DNA from: a virus
Length of the DNA stretch: 64,000 nt
Virus record (IMG/VR): IMGVR_UViG_3300045988_182866
Direction: 5' to 3' (one strand)
This document shows, in pieces, positions 35,738 to 45,209 of this stretch. A program made the position numbers and the translations under genes. The stretch's first letter is position 1. The number at the start of each line of letters is the position of its first letter. The notes below the pieces were generated by a model. It made no database searches, was not told the DNA's origin, and saw only the letters and a program-made list of their open reading frames with translations.

Positions 35738-36814
35738 AATCGCTTCTTGAATTAAAAGTTTTATTTGATCTTTATTTTTCTTCCATTTACTTTCCCAAAT
35801 TTCTATCAATGTAATTCCCCTTTCAATACATTGATTTCTTTTATTTTCATGATAACCCAGATTTCGATCTTCGTGTAATTTATGCCAGTAATCTCCATTA
35901 TATTCAAAGGCTAATTTTAATTCAGGGAGATAAATATCAAGCTCTAATTGATTATCAAGTTGATTTCTAGAATTTTTTATAATTTTTCTTGAATATATCG
36001 AATTAATATATTCAAAAAGTTCTTTTTCACCTTTAGATCTTTTCGAAGCTTTTACACATTTAATACAGCCACTTCCATTTAAATGAATATATGCTCTTTG
36101 TCGAAAGACACCATGCCTTGGACAAATAATATTCACATAATCACGAGCACTTTTATATTCAACTCTTGAATAATCATATTTGTCTCCATGAACTTCTTGA
36201 GCTCTTTTAATAAATTCTTCAGTTGTTAAAAATTGCTTTTCTCTTTTACATTCTGGACATTCATTGCCTTGTAAATGTGACCCTGCATGTTGTCGAAATA
36301 ATCCATGCTTAGGACATATTATTGTTATATGATTTTTTACGCCATTATAAATCACTTTAGAATAATCATAATAATTTCCATGCACTTTTTTAGCTTTTTC
36401 AATAAACTCTTCTCTTGATAAAAGATCTTTTATTTTAGCACAATAAGGACATCCACTTCCATTTAAATGGCTGCCAGCCATTTGTTCAAATTTATGCCCG
36501 CATTTATTACAAATAATCCAAATTTTTGATTTACAATTTACGTATATCGATATTGAATAATTATACTTATCACCATGAACTTTTCTTGCTTTTTCTATAA
36601 ATTTTTCTGTTGTTAACTGTGCCGTGGGAATACATTTAGGACATCCACATCCTCTTAAATGTTCTGATGCTTTTTGCCAAAAATATCCATTCTCAGGACA
36701 ACCAATTTCTATTTTTGCAAGACTACTTTTATATTCAACTCTTGAATAATCATATTTGTCACCATGTATTTCTTTAGCCCTTTGTATAAATTCTTCAGTT
36801 GTTAGCTTTTTCAT
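35717..36814 (-). CDS. freestanding homing-endonuclease-like protein: 5 zinc-ribbon repeats + Vsr/DUF559-like nuclease domain (paralog 4 of 5)
   Basis: 365 aa. Repeats IHGDKYDYSRVEYKS...CPxHGxFxQ...HLxGxGCPxC. C-terminus QLELDIYLPELKLAFEYNGDYWH. Confidence 0.55.
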   Translation of the reverse strand: MKKLTTEEFIQRAKEIHGDKYDYSRVEYKSSLAKIEIGCPENGYFWQKASEHLRGCGCPKCIPTAQLTTEKFIEKARKVHGDKYNYSISIYVNCKSKIWIICNKCGHKFEQMAGSHLNGSGCPYCAKIKDLLSREEFIEKAKKVHGNYYDYSKVIYNGVKNHITIICPKHGLFRQHAGSHLQGNECPECKREKQFLTTEEFIKRAQEVHGDKYDYSRVEYKSARDYVNIICPRHGVFRQRAYIHLNGSGCIKCVKASKRSKGEKELFEYINSIYSRKIIKNSRNQLDNQLELDIYLPELKLAFEYNGDYWHKLHEDRNLGYHENKRNQCIERGITLIEIWESKWKKNKDQIKLLIQEAIKKAESN

Positions 36815-36921
36815 AACTAAACTTTAATTTTATATAATAATTCTCAATTTTATTTGGTACTAAATTAATAGTAAGTGTATTAATGATTTTTATACAATCT
36901 ATACGCTAATAAATAATTACT

Positions 36922-37410
36922 ATGAAAAAGTTTAAAGTAAAAGAACTTAGATTTTCTAATTTACTCGTTGAAGATATAAATGTTCCCAAAAATCTTATTG
37001 TTCGAATTAAGAATATTCCTAGATCTAAAAAGGCTTTACTTGAAGAAGTTGCTAAGAAAATTAGCGAAAAATATGGAAAAGATGTTAAACACTTTATTCT
37101 TGAAGATTTAGAAATAGAAGGGCCAAAGAATTTTGCTAAAAATCCTACTATTACAAAGCGTCTTCAAAAACGTCGAAAAGTTTTGAAAAACTATATTGAT
37201 GAAATAGGTGAAGAAGATAGTCAATTAAGTTATGAAGTTACAAAAGCTATTATAAATGTTTTTGGTGAAAAATTTTTAGACAAATATAGTGTTAATATTC
37301 GCGATCAAATTGAAAAATTTAGTAAAAAAATTGCGGGTCTTAAAACACTTGCTGATAGGCCAAAAGATGATCCTTATAAAAAGCGGTTGGATAACTGGAG
37401 GATTGGTTAA
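36922..37410 (+). CDS. hypothetical basic protein
   Basis: 162-aa ORF. Confidence 0.35.
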   Translation: MKKFKVKELRFSNLLVEDINVPKNLIVRIKNIPRSKKALLEEVAKKISEKYGKDVKHFILEDLEIEGPKNFAKNPTITKRLQKRRKVLKNYIDEIGEEDSQLSYEVTKAIINVFGEKFLDKYSVNIRDQIEKFSKKIAGLKTLADRPKDDPYKKRLDNWRIG

Positions 37411-37420
37411 CCTTTAAAAG

Positions 37421-37455
37421 AAAAAGCTAAGTCATTGATCTGACTTAGCTTTTTC
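37421..37455. terminator. conserved hairpin family, copy B (aaaaagctaagtca-ttgatc-tgacttagcttttt)
   Basis: Same architecture and near-identical stem to copies A and C; between convergent 36922..37410 (+) and the tail sheath gene (-). Confidence 0.5.
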
Positions 37456-37555
37456 TTTAAATTCTTCTAATGTTAATTTTCTCATATAAATTTTAAGGGT
37501 TTCCATAGAAAATATGGAAACCCTTAAAATTATTCGGTGTTAATTTAGTGCAGTA

Positions 37556-40402
37556 TTAAGCGCTAAATTCTGTTGAAATCACGCCAGATCTAGAAGCGGT
37601 CAAGTCAATGAGAATGCGTTCTGCACTACGCGTTGGAGCTGCATATGTTGAGATACGCATTACACCGGCATCGATCTCAGTTTCCGTATTATTCCTTTCA
37701 TCGCAAACAAGAACATAAGAATAGATTGCTCGTTGTTCTTGTAGTGCATCAAATGCTGGAGTTAACACATTTGTTACATTCAAACGGGTGTACAAGGTAT
37801 TACCTTCAAACAGCCATTGCTTGGCTGTATCACGCAACAGTTTAAGAATGTAAAGCATTGTTCTTCGGGCAGAAATTTGATCTAACGCTGAGTCGCGCTT
37901 TATCATAGTTCTAATTCCGTACAACATTGTTCCAGAAGAAGGAGATACGATAATCGGATTAAGAGAAATACGATATAAATCATCTCGTTGCTTTTGCTGA
38001 GTAGAGAAGGAAATATCAAGCACAGAACTTAATACACCATTATTCATGCCAGCGGCAGCTTGCCATGGACCATATAAGGCATCCGTAGCAGCAATCTTTT
38101 GAGCGACAAATCCAGAAGCAGGAGCCCAGAATTGAGTACTGTTTACAGGATCTTGTACCTTTAAGAAATACGGATAAACAGCCATATAAGAGGAAGCTAA
38201 TCCATCATATAAATGCCTGTTAGGCCAGTAGATTGAAGTCGAGAAAGAATGCTTAACATTATCCAGAGCAGTATAAGCTGCATTGACTAAGGGCATTCCA
38301 AATTGTTTTTCAATCTTGTTATCCTTGCCTTCGACGGAAATTTGACGAATTGTATCACCAATGAAGAATACATCGCCTCGTCCGCCTTCTTGCTGAGCAG
38401 AAGCTAATTTTAAGAAAGCCGATTGAATAGCTCGATGATTAGCGATCACTTGTTCAGCCGCGGAAGATAAGGTAGACTTACCAGTACGCATATCCGTTAC
38501 ACCTTGAATAACTTTGGTATCATCGAATAATGCAGCTTCTGGATCATATCCATTCGGATATTGCTCCTTAACTTTATCTTGTTCAGTTGTTTGGCCATCT
38601 CCACGATCGGTATCAGCCTTAATTGCAGCCTGGAGCTTTTCTTTATAGCTTCGATAAGCTGCATCCATAGCTCCAACATAGATAGTTCCCATGCCGCCTT
38701 CTAACAAAAGGTCAACGTCATAGAGTTCTTCATTTTCAACTAATTCAAGAGCAGCCTCGATTTTCTTGGGAAGATTACCAATGATTTTAGAAGCATTATT
38801 GGAACGGGCATATAAACCTAACGGATACATGGAATCACCCATTTCAAAGGTCGGATAATCAGTTGGAATACTTTGAAGAACAGCCTTTGAAATACCGGCC
38901 GGAGAAGCCATGATGTCTTCGATGGAACCCGCCATTTCATCATCAGTCAATGCAATGTCAAGCAATTGCTGGGCATAAATACGAACCTTAATCTTCGGAG
39001 AACCGTCAACATATAGTCCGCGAGAATTTAACGCTCCTGAGAAGTTCGGATTAACAAACATGCGAACTAAAGTATCATTAGCCGTTGTATTCTCAATAAA
39101 GAAGTTAACTGCAGATGTAGTATACTTGGAAGTAGTCTGTCGTCCATATTCTAAGGAAGCATTATATCCTTGAGTAATCAGGGCAGAAAGTTTAAGAGCA
39201 TCTCCAGAATTAGTAGCCTGGCGAACCTTAAAGACGCCTACATTTAATGTATCATTCCATTGAGCTCCGGAAATATCAAAATCAGTGATGGATTCTTCCA
39301 TAACCTGAGAGATACATCCTTTCAACGGAGAAGAAAGCTTAAAGTCAAGGCGTTCATTAGGAACAGTCGTATACTGAAGACCCGTAAGACCTTCTTCAAT
39401 AGAAGCAGGAAGCTGAGTTACAGTCTTAAGCTTGCGCACGGCCGCATAAGAAGTACCAGGATCAGAGAAAGCATTATCGGATAACGCAAGATAAAAACCT
39501 TCAAAAAGATCATTTGTTACCGTCTTGCCAAAGTTAAGAGCTAAGAAAGCAAACTGCCCCAAATCGGCAAGCTGAGTAGAAATAGTTTGAGGAATTGCAT
39601 CGGACCAGTTAAATTCTCCAGAACCATCCAAAGCTTGTCCATTTAAAAATCGATAATACTGTTCAATAGAAATATTAAACTGAACAGGTTCACCGATTAA
39701 AAATGTAGCGGAATCTTCATATTCACCTTTGATACCGGCGGAACCATCTGAATAATTCGTAATAGGCTTAAAGGAATTATTAGCAGATTGAACATAATAA
39801 GTTGCAAAGACAGCATTCTGAGTTGGAACATCTGTTACCTCAGTATATTCAGATCCATTCTTAGTATAGATCGTAACCTTATTGGTGAAATTAGTTAACG
39901 GAGTTCCGGCCTGGTCCATATAATATTGAACCTGCACTTTAGCAGCAATATCAGGAGAAACAGGAGTATAAGAAGTAGAACGGGTTACCTTGGTATAAAG
40001 CTGAACAGATGTATCAATACGTTGTTCAGGGGTAGCTTCATTATAAACTTCTTCAGAATCAATAGCATATCCAAGAGCCGGATAAGCAAGAATAGAAACG
40101 GAAGCAGATTTAGTATCTCCTAAGTCTACACCATAAGGAAGTCGGGAAACACTTACATAAGCAGCAGAATTTAATGCTGCGTCTACTGTTGCATAAGAAT
40201 AGCGCTCAGAACTTGTAACAGGTTCTCCGAATATTTCAACATATTCACTGATTGTCGAAACAGAAGTAACTTCAGAAGTAGGTCCTTGTTGGCTGAAAAT
40301 TGGTATAAAGACCGACGTTCCGGCAGACTGCGCCGCTCGTGTCGATTGGTCGCGTTCCAAAATTTCGACGCCCGGGCTGATAATTGTGGGTGTAATTGCC
40401 AT
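37556..40402 (-). CDS. tail sheath protein (gp18-like), unusually large
   Basis: 948 aa. N-terminus MAITPTIISPGVEILERDQS matches the sheath N-terminal signature (T4 gp18 LLSPGIELKETT). Conserved C-terminal sheath region (...RISTYAAPTRSAERILIDLTASRSGVISTEF). Confidence 0.75.
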   Translation of the reverse strand: MAITPTIISPGVEILERDQSTRAAQSAGTSVFIPIFSQQGPTSEVTSVSTISEYVEIFGEPVTSSERYSYATVDAALNSAAYVSVSRLPYGVDLGDTKSASVSILAYPALGYAIDSEEVYNEATPEQRIDTSVQLYTKVTRSTSYTPVSPDIAAKVQVQYYMDQAGTPLTNFTNKVTIYTKNGSEYTEVTDVPTQNAVFATYYVQSANNSFKPITNYSDGSAGIKGEYEDSATFLIGEPVQFNISIEQYYRFLNGQALDGSGEFNWSDAIPQTISTQLADLGQFAFLALNFGKTVTNDLFEGFYLALSDNAFSDPGTSYAAVRKLKTVTQLPASIEEGLTGLQYTTVPNERLDFKLSSPLKGCISQVMEESITDFDISGAQWNDTLNVGVFKVRQATNSGDALKLSALITQGYNASLEYGRQTTSKYTTSAVNFFIENTTANDTLVRMFVNPNFSGALNSRGLYVDGSPKIKVRIYAQQLLDIALTDDEMAGSIEDIMASPAGISKAVLQSIPTDYPTFEMGDSMYPLGLYARSNNASKIIGNLPKKIEAALELVENEELYDVDLLLEGGMGTIYVGAMDAAYRSYKEKLQAAIKADTDRGDGQTTEQDKVKEQYPNGYDPEAALFDDTKVIQGVTDMRTGKSTLSSAAEQVIANHRAIQSAFLKLASAQQEGGRGDVFFIGDTIRQISVEGKDNKIEKQFGMPLVNAAYTALDNVKHSFSTSIYWPNRHLYDGLASSYMAVYPYFLKVQDPVNSTQFWAPASGFVAQKIAATDALYGPWQAAAGMNNGVLSSVLDISFSTQQKQRDDLYRISLNPIIVSPSSGTMLYGIRTMIKRDSALDQISARRTMLYILKLLRDTAKQWLFEGNTLYTRLNVTNVLTPAFDALQEQRAIYSYVLVCDERNNTETEIDAGVMRISTYAAPTRSAERILIDLTASRSGVISTEFSA

Positions 40403-40558
40403 AATATATTTTTAAGTTAAATTATTAAATCTTAGAAAGTTTAACAAAAGATATTTACATTTATAACGGCTAGTTCAGGTTCTATTTTACTTCTTGGATA
40501 AATAAACACTCTTCAATTTAGCACCAAAATAAAATCAGGATAAAATAATATCCAATTT

Positions 40559-41908
40559 ATGGCAATTAAACGACTTACGACAGAAATTTTTATAGAAAGG
40601 GCCAAAGCAAAACACGGTATAGACAGGTATGATTACTCGGCAACCAATTATACCCATTGTAATAATAAAATTATAATCAAGTGTTTAATACATAATTTAA
40701 TATTTGAAACCTACCCCCATAATCATTTAAGAGGGAATGGAGGTTGCCCTCTATGTGCTAAAGAAGGACGATCTTTATCATGGCAATCTTTTTTAGAAAA
40801 AAGCATCGAAGCTCACGGGCAAAATCGATATGATTATTCATATGCTAAAAAAGAGTATAAAGGAACCAAATCAAAAATTACAATAATATGTAAAAAATGT
40901 GGACATAGATTTGTTCAATTACCTTCTAATCATATAAAAGGCCATGGTTGTATAAATTGTGTAAATTTAGCTAAATCATTTGATAAAAATTTCTTTATTA
41001 AAGAGGCAGAAAAGAAACATGGTATTGGGAGATATGATTACTCAAAAATAAAATATAAAAATTCATATACTCCCATTTATATTATTTGTAATAAATGTAA
41101 TAAAAAATTTTATCAGCAGCCACGAATACATTTAAAAGGAATTGGATGTTCTCATTGTTATTATAAAAGTAAAACATTAACTAAGGAAGAATTTATTAAA
41201 AGCGCTGAAGAAATACATGAAAAAGGAAAATATGATTATTCTAATGTAGAATATATACAGTCTAACATTAAGATTAAAATTAAATGTAATAAATGTAATA
41301 ATATTTTTTGGCAATATCCCCATGAACATTTAAAAGCCAAAGGATGCCGAATTTGTGCAATTAAAGATATTACTGATACAAAAGAAACATTTATTAAAAA
41401 GGCAAAGAAAGTTCATAAGGATTTTTATGATTATTCAAGTATAAAATATATAAATTCTCAAACTTTAATTTATATTAATTGTCCAAAACATGGTTTTTTC
41501 GCACAACGGCCAAATGCTCATCTAAGAGGTCATGGATGTCCGAATTGTGCACTCGCTGCACAAAGATCTCGAGGAGAAATAGAACTTGGAGAATTTATTA
41601 AATCAATTTATTCCAATAAAATTTTAAAAAATTCTAAAACACAACTTGGAAATAAAATGGAATTGGATATATATCTTCCTGAATTAAAACTCGCCATTGA
41701 GTATAATGGCGATTATTGGCATAATTTGAAAGAGGCCAAACATCCTGGCTGCCATGAAGATAAAAGAAACCGATGTAAAGAAAGAGGAATTAAACTTATT
41801 GAAGTTTTAGATACGGAATGGCAAAAGAATAAAGATCAAATTAAAGAATCTCTTAAAAAACAAATTGGAGAACTTATCAAAATTAGCACCAAAATAAAAT
41901 CAGGATAA
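40559..41908 (+). CDS. freestanding homing-endonuclease-like protein: 6 zinc-ribbon repeats + Vsr/DUF559-like nuclease domain (paralog 5 of 5)
   Basis: 449 aa. Repeats HGxxRYDYS...C..H...F...P..HL.G.GC..C. C-terminus KMELDIYLPELKLAIEYNGDYWH. Confidence 0.55.
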   Translation: MAIKRLTTEIFIERAKAKHGIDRYDYSATNYTHCNNKIIIKCLIHNLIFETYPHNHLRGNGGCPLCAKEGRSLSWQSFLEKSIEAHGQNRYDYSYAKKEYKGTKSKITIICKKCGHRFVQLPSNHIKGHGCINCVNLAKSFDKNFFIKEAEKKHGIGRYDYSKIKYKNSYTPIYIICNKCNKKFYQQPRIHLKGIGCSHCYYKSKTLTKEEFIKSAEEIHEKGKYDYSNVEYIQSNIKIKIKCNKCNNIFWQYPHEHLKAKGCRICAIKDITDTKETFIKKAKKVHKDFYDYSSIKYINSQTLIYINCPKHGFFAQRPNAHLRGHGCPNCALAAQRSRGEIELGEFIKSIYSNKILKNSKTQLGNKMELDIYLPELKLAIEYNGDYWHNLKEAKHPGCHEDKRNRCKERGIKLIEVLDTEWQKNKDQIKESLKKQIGELIKISTKIKSG

Positions 41909-41956
41909 AATGAATATATTTTAAAAAGTTAAAAACATACTTAACTAAGTGCGCAA

Positions 41957-41970
41957 TATATATATATATT
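41957..41970. repeat. (TA)7 dinucleotide microsatellite just upstream of the 41977 start codon
   Basis: Sequence aatatatatatatatt read directly. Confidence 0.4.
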
Positions 41971-41976
41971 AATACT

Positions 41977-43440
41977 ATGAGTAATATTACTGAAGAACAA
42001 AAAGCTGAATTCCTGAAATATTATCCCGACCATGAAGATAAGCTAGAAGAAATTATCGAATACAATTGTTTATCTTCCTGCGAAGATGATCGTATATTTT
42101 GTTTTTATGATGTTAAATTTGATCCGAATAAGTCAACACTAGAAAAGGTTGATTATTTGAATCCAATGGGAATATATAGCAATTTAGTCTGTTATATTGA
42201 ACGAGGAGATATGAGGAGATCTGATAACTCTATCATCTCTTCTATTGAAGAATTAGTAAAAACTATTAAAGAATTTCCTTATGTTATTTTTGATGCAAAT
42301 ACTGCAGTTATTAAAATTCAAGGAGTTATAGAAAATAGTGAAGATCCTGACCTTAGCGGAATTAAAATTAACATTTATAAATTTGATAAAAAGAAAAATA
42401 AATTTATTAATGAACAAGCTGGATTTCATTCTTACCATCATGAATTAAATGATTTTATTGAATTCATTTATCAATTTGTAAATGATGCAATAAAAGAATA
42501 TGTTAGAGTTAGAGGTAAAGACGGTAATAATTATTTCATGCTTCATCCTAATGTCTATAAGAATAATGAAGAAAAACCTGAAAGCAATAATTCAAAATCT
42601 CTTAAATCTATTATAGACGAATGGAAACAGAAGGTTGATAAAGATCTCGTTATGATTGGAGGCGATCTAAGATTTAAGGATGAAATTAAAAATAAAATTG
42701 AGGAAGATAAATTATACCTTGAACGTCTTATTGCAGAAGCTGACCAGCAAAGGGAAGTAATAGAGGAAAATCCTGACAATGATATTGAAGAAAAAATAAA
42801 TCAAGCTATTATTAATGCTCGTAAGGAGCCTCCTGTTGATCTACCGGAAGAACTTCAAGAAGAGCTTATTGAAAGCATGAAAGATTATAACGATTATTTT
42901 CATAATCCAAATAATAAGCTTCGAGGAGAATATTTTGATGATTTAATCGAACAGCTTAATAATTCTAAAAAGAACTGCTGTTTAATGAAACTTAATAAAG
43001 ATACTGCTACTTGGCTTACCGTTACTGATTTCTTTGAAGAACAAGAAGATACGCTTTTAAGCAAGCTTCTTGAATTTGATCCGGTCATTGAAAAACATGA
43101 TGAAAATTATACGTTAATCAAATTTAAACGAGAAGTATTTGACCAGAATAAAGAAAAGATTGAGAAGATTCAACATCAGTATTTTGCCAGGGCTAATTCT
43201 TTTACTGATTTTGATTTTGACCTTGATTTTAAAATAGTTAGTTTAACCAAAGATGAACATAACTTTATCGTTAGTAATTTAAAGAAACATGCAATTATTT
43301 CCTCAAATGCAGAACCTGAATTTAAAGGATTTTTCAGGAATATTGTTCAGTATGCTCCTGAATTAGAAAATGAAGATATTGAATATATCTTTGAGATAAC
43401 TGATAAATGTTTGCCAACATCTGTTAAAAATAGACTTTAA
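41977..43440 (+). CDS. hypothetical acidic protein
   Basis: 487-aa ORF; no motif recognised. Confidence 0.4.
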   Translation: MSNITEEQKAEFLKYYPDHEDKLEEIIEYNCLSSCEDDRIFCFYDVKFDPNKSTLEKVDYLNPMGIYSNLVCYIERGDMRRSDNSIISSIEELVKTIKEFPYVIFDANTAVIKIQGVIENSEDPDLSGIKINIYKFDKKKNKFINEQAGFHSYHHELNDFIEFIYQFVNDAIKEYVRVRGKDGNNYFMLHPNVYKNNEEKPESNNSKSLKSIIDEWKQKVDKDLVMIGGDLRFKDEIKNKIEEDKLYLERLIAEADQQREVIEENPDNDIEEKINQAIINARKEPPVDLPEELQEELIESMKDYNDYFHNPNNKLRGEYFDDLIEQLNNSKKNCCLMKLNKDTATWLTVTDFFEEQEDTLLSKLLEFDPVIEKHDENYTLIKFKREVFDQNKEKIEKIQHQYFARANSFTDFDFDLDFKIVSLTKDEHNFIVSNLKKHAIISSNAEPEFKGFFRNIVQYAPELENEDIEYIFEITDKCLPTSVKNRL

Positions 43441-43564
43441 AAATATGATTAGTAAGAAATTACCACCTCTTTGGAAGCAACAACTCGTCTGGTGCTTATG
43501 TAAACTATTGAATATAAATTTTCGAATTTATCCAAATCGGCCCAAAGATGAAAAAGTTGATTAA

Positions 43565-43600
43565 TAAAAAAGCTGAGTCATTAATTTGACTCAGCTTTTT
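43565..43600. terminator. conserved hairpin family, copy C (aaaaaagctgagtca-ttaatt-tgactcagcttttt)
   Basis: Perfect 10-11-bp stem, loop identical to copy A; between convergent 41977..43440 (+) and the tail tube gene (-). Confidence 0.5.
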
Positions 43601-43627
43601 CTTTTGTTAGTTATGTAATAAAAACTA

Positions 43628-44194
43628 TTATTGAGCTACAGCAACATTAGATATTCCGTCACTTGTATCATAGTACACATAGGCAAAAGTAACGTCGCAA
43701 GTTACTAGCGCACCGCTCCCATCCTCATAGTTAAATGTGATTGGATTAACATTTCTTATGGAAGCATGACGCAAATTATATGTTACTAAAGGATTAAGTT
43801 TTGAGTCAATTGTACTTATCGACACGTATTGATCTGCGCTTGGAAATCTATAATCACCGGTAGATGTTGTATCATTGAAAGTGATTCGAGAAGCCCGTTC
43901 TAATTTCTGGCGCGCTGTTCCTTCGGCATCCATAAAAAATTTAATCGTATATTCAGAGCTGCCGGTATATTTTACCGAGCCTGGATAATGTACTTCAAGC
44001 CCCATGTATTGTTGCGTTTGATTTACAATTTGACGGGCTGGAAGTTGAGTCGCAGTACAATAAATTATTTCATCACTAGTCAAAGCCAAAGCATCAGTAT
44101 TAACGGCTACAAGACGAAAATTAAAGTCTCGTAAGAACTGGCGTTTTTGAGCTTGGGAAATGAAATCACGAATTCCTGGGATATTTCCGTTCAT
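43628..44194 (-). CDS. tail tube protein (gp19-like)
   Basis: 188 aa. Aligns along its length with T4 gp19 (DFNFRLVAV / PNLFQVEI; IYCTATQLPARQIV / FQCKATALPAGIVE; AEGTARQKLERAS / EAHDARQKFVDWQ; ITFNYEDGSGALVTCDVTFAYVYYD / QLDWDSNNEIQTFEVTLALDYWE). Confidence 0.8.
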   Translation of the reverse strand: MNGNIPGIRDFISQAQKRQFLRDFNFRLVAVNTDALALTSDEIIYCTATQLPARQIVNQTQQYMGLEVHYPGSVKYTGSSEYTIKFFMDAEGTARQKLERASRITFNDTTSTGDYRFPSADQYVSISTIDSKLNPLVTYNLRHASIRNVNPITFNYEDGSGALVTCDVTFAYVYYDTSDGISNVAVAQ

Positions 44195-44230
44195 ATATCT
44201 CTATTTAGATCAACTAAATATTAAAACATA

Positions 44231-45205
44231 ATGGCTAAGAAGATAGGTCCAATTCCAAGTTTTCTCAATAAGATCTCTAATAATTGGGGTCTATCTTTTA
44301 TTTTTACTAAAATATGGGGAATTACTTTTCATCCGTCCAGAGGATTAAATTCTTTGGCTAGTTCCATTCAAAATGTTCTTACCAAATATGATGATATAAA
44401 TGATTTTCTTTCTTTTATCAATTCAGATGGAAACATTTATCGAAATATTTTAGGCAATAATGAGGCAATTTCAAATAGAATCGCTGAAATTGAAAGTTTT
44501 ATTTTAGCTAATAAAATTTCTATTCCGAATGAAAATGTCAGTATTTCATTCCCAGCTTCTGTTCAAATTCCTAATGCCGGAGGGTTAATTCAGGGAAGAG
44601 TAGGAGAAGGACGTCGTTCTAATTTTAACGATTTGTCTATTACATTCCTTGATACTAACCGAGAATTAGTTGAATATATTATTAAACCATGGATTATTGC
44701 CGTTGCACATCAAGGCTTAATTGAAGATCCGCAACTGGATAATTTAAAAGCAGATATTAAATGCTATTTCTTTGCAAAATCTTCTCCTAATTTTCAAGTA
44801 AAAAGAAATGGCGAACGATTAGTGCAAACTTCATTTTATCCTCAATATACCAATTCACAAAATTTGACTACTCAACCATATGTCTGGGGATCTAAGTCGA
44901 CGGAATATATGGTTTCGAAAGCCAATGAAGAACAGCCGTATCTTAGGAAAATTATTACTTTTAGAGGTTGTGTTCCGCTTTCAATTCCTGATAAATCTTA
45001 CAACTATGCAGGAGATATGGGAGCTGATGAAATGATGACTCCGATTAAATTTTCCTATGAATGGTATGAAGTTCAGGAAATGGCCGGAAAACCGTTTTCT
45101 TTAGGAGATGCTCTTGTTACTGAGGGGAAAACGACAACTTTGCCAACTATATATGATAATAGTATCGACCCCGAAACAAGTCTAAGAGGCGGAAATATAG
45201 TTTAA
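44231..45205 (+). CDS. hypothetical tail/baseplate assembly protein (by position)
   Basis: 324-aa ORF opening the plus-strand structural string. Confidence 0.3.
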   Translation: MAKKIGPIPSFLNKISNNWGLSFIFTKIWGITFHPSRGLNSLASSIQNVLTKYDDINDFLSFINSDGNIYRNILGNNEAISNRIAEIESFILANKISIPNENVSISFPASVQIPNAGGLIQGRVGEGRRSNFNDLSITFLDTNRELVEYIIKPWIIAVAHQGLIEDPQLDNLKADIKCYFFAKSSPNFQVKRNGERLVQTSFYPQYTNSQNLTTQPYVWGSKSTEYMVSKANEEQPYLRKIITFRGCVPLSIPDKSYNYAGDMGADEMMTPIKFSYEWYEVQEMAGKPFSLGDALVTEGKTTTLPTIYDNSIDPETSLRGGNIV

Positions 45206-45209
45206 CAGC

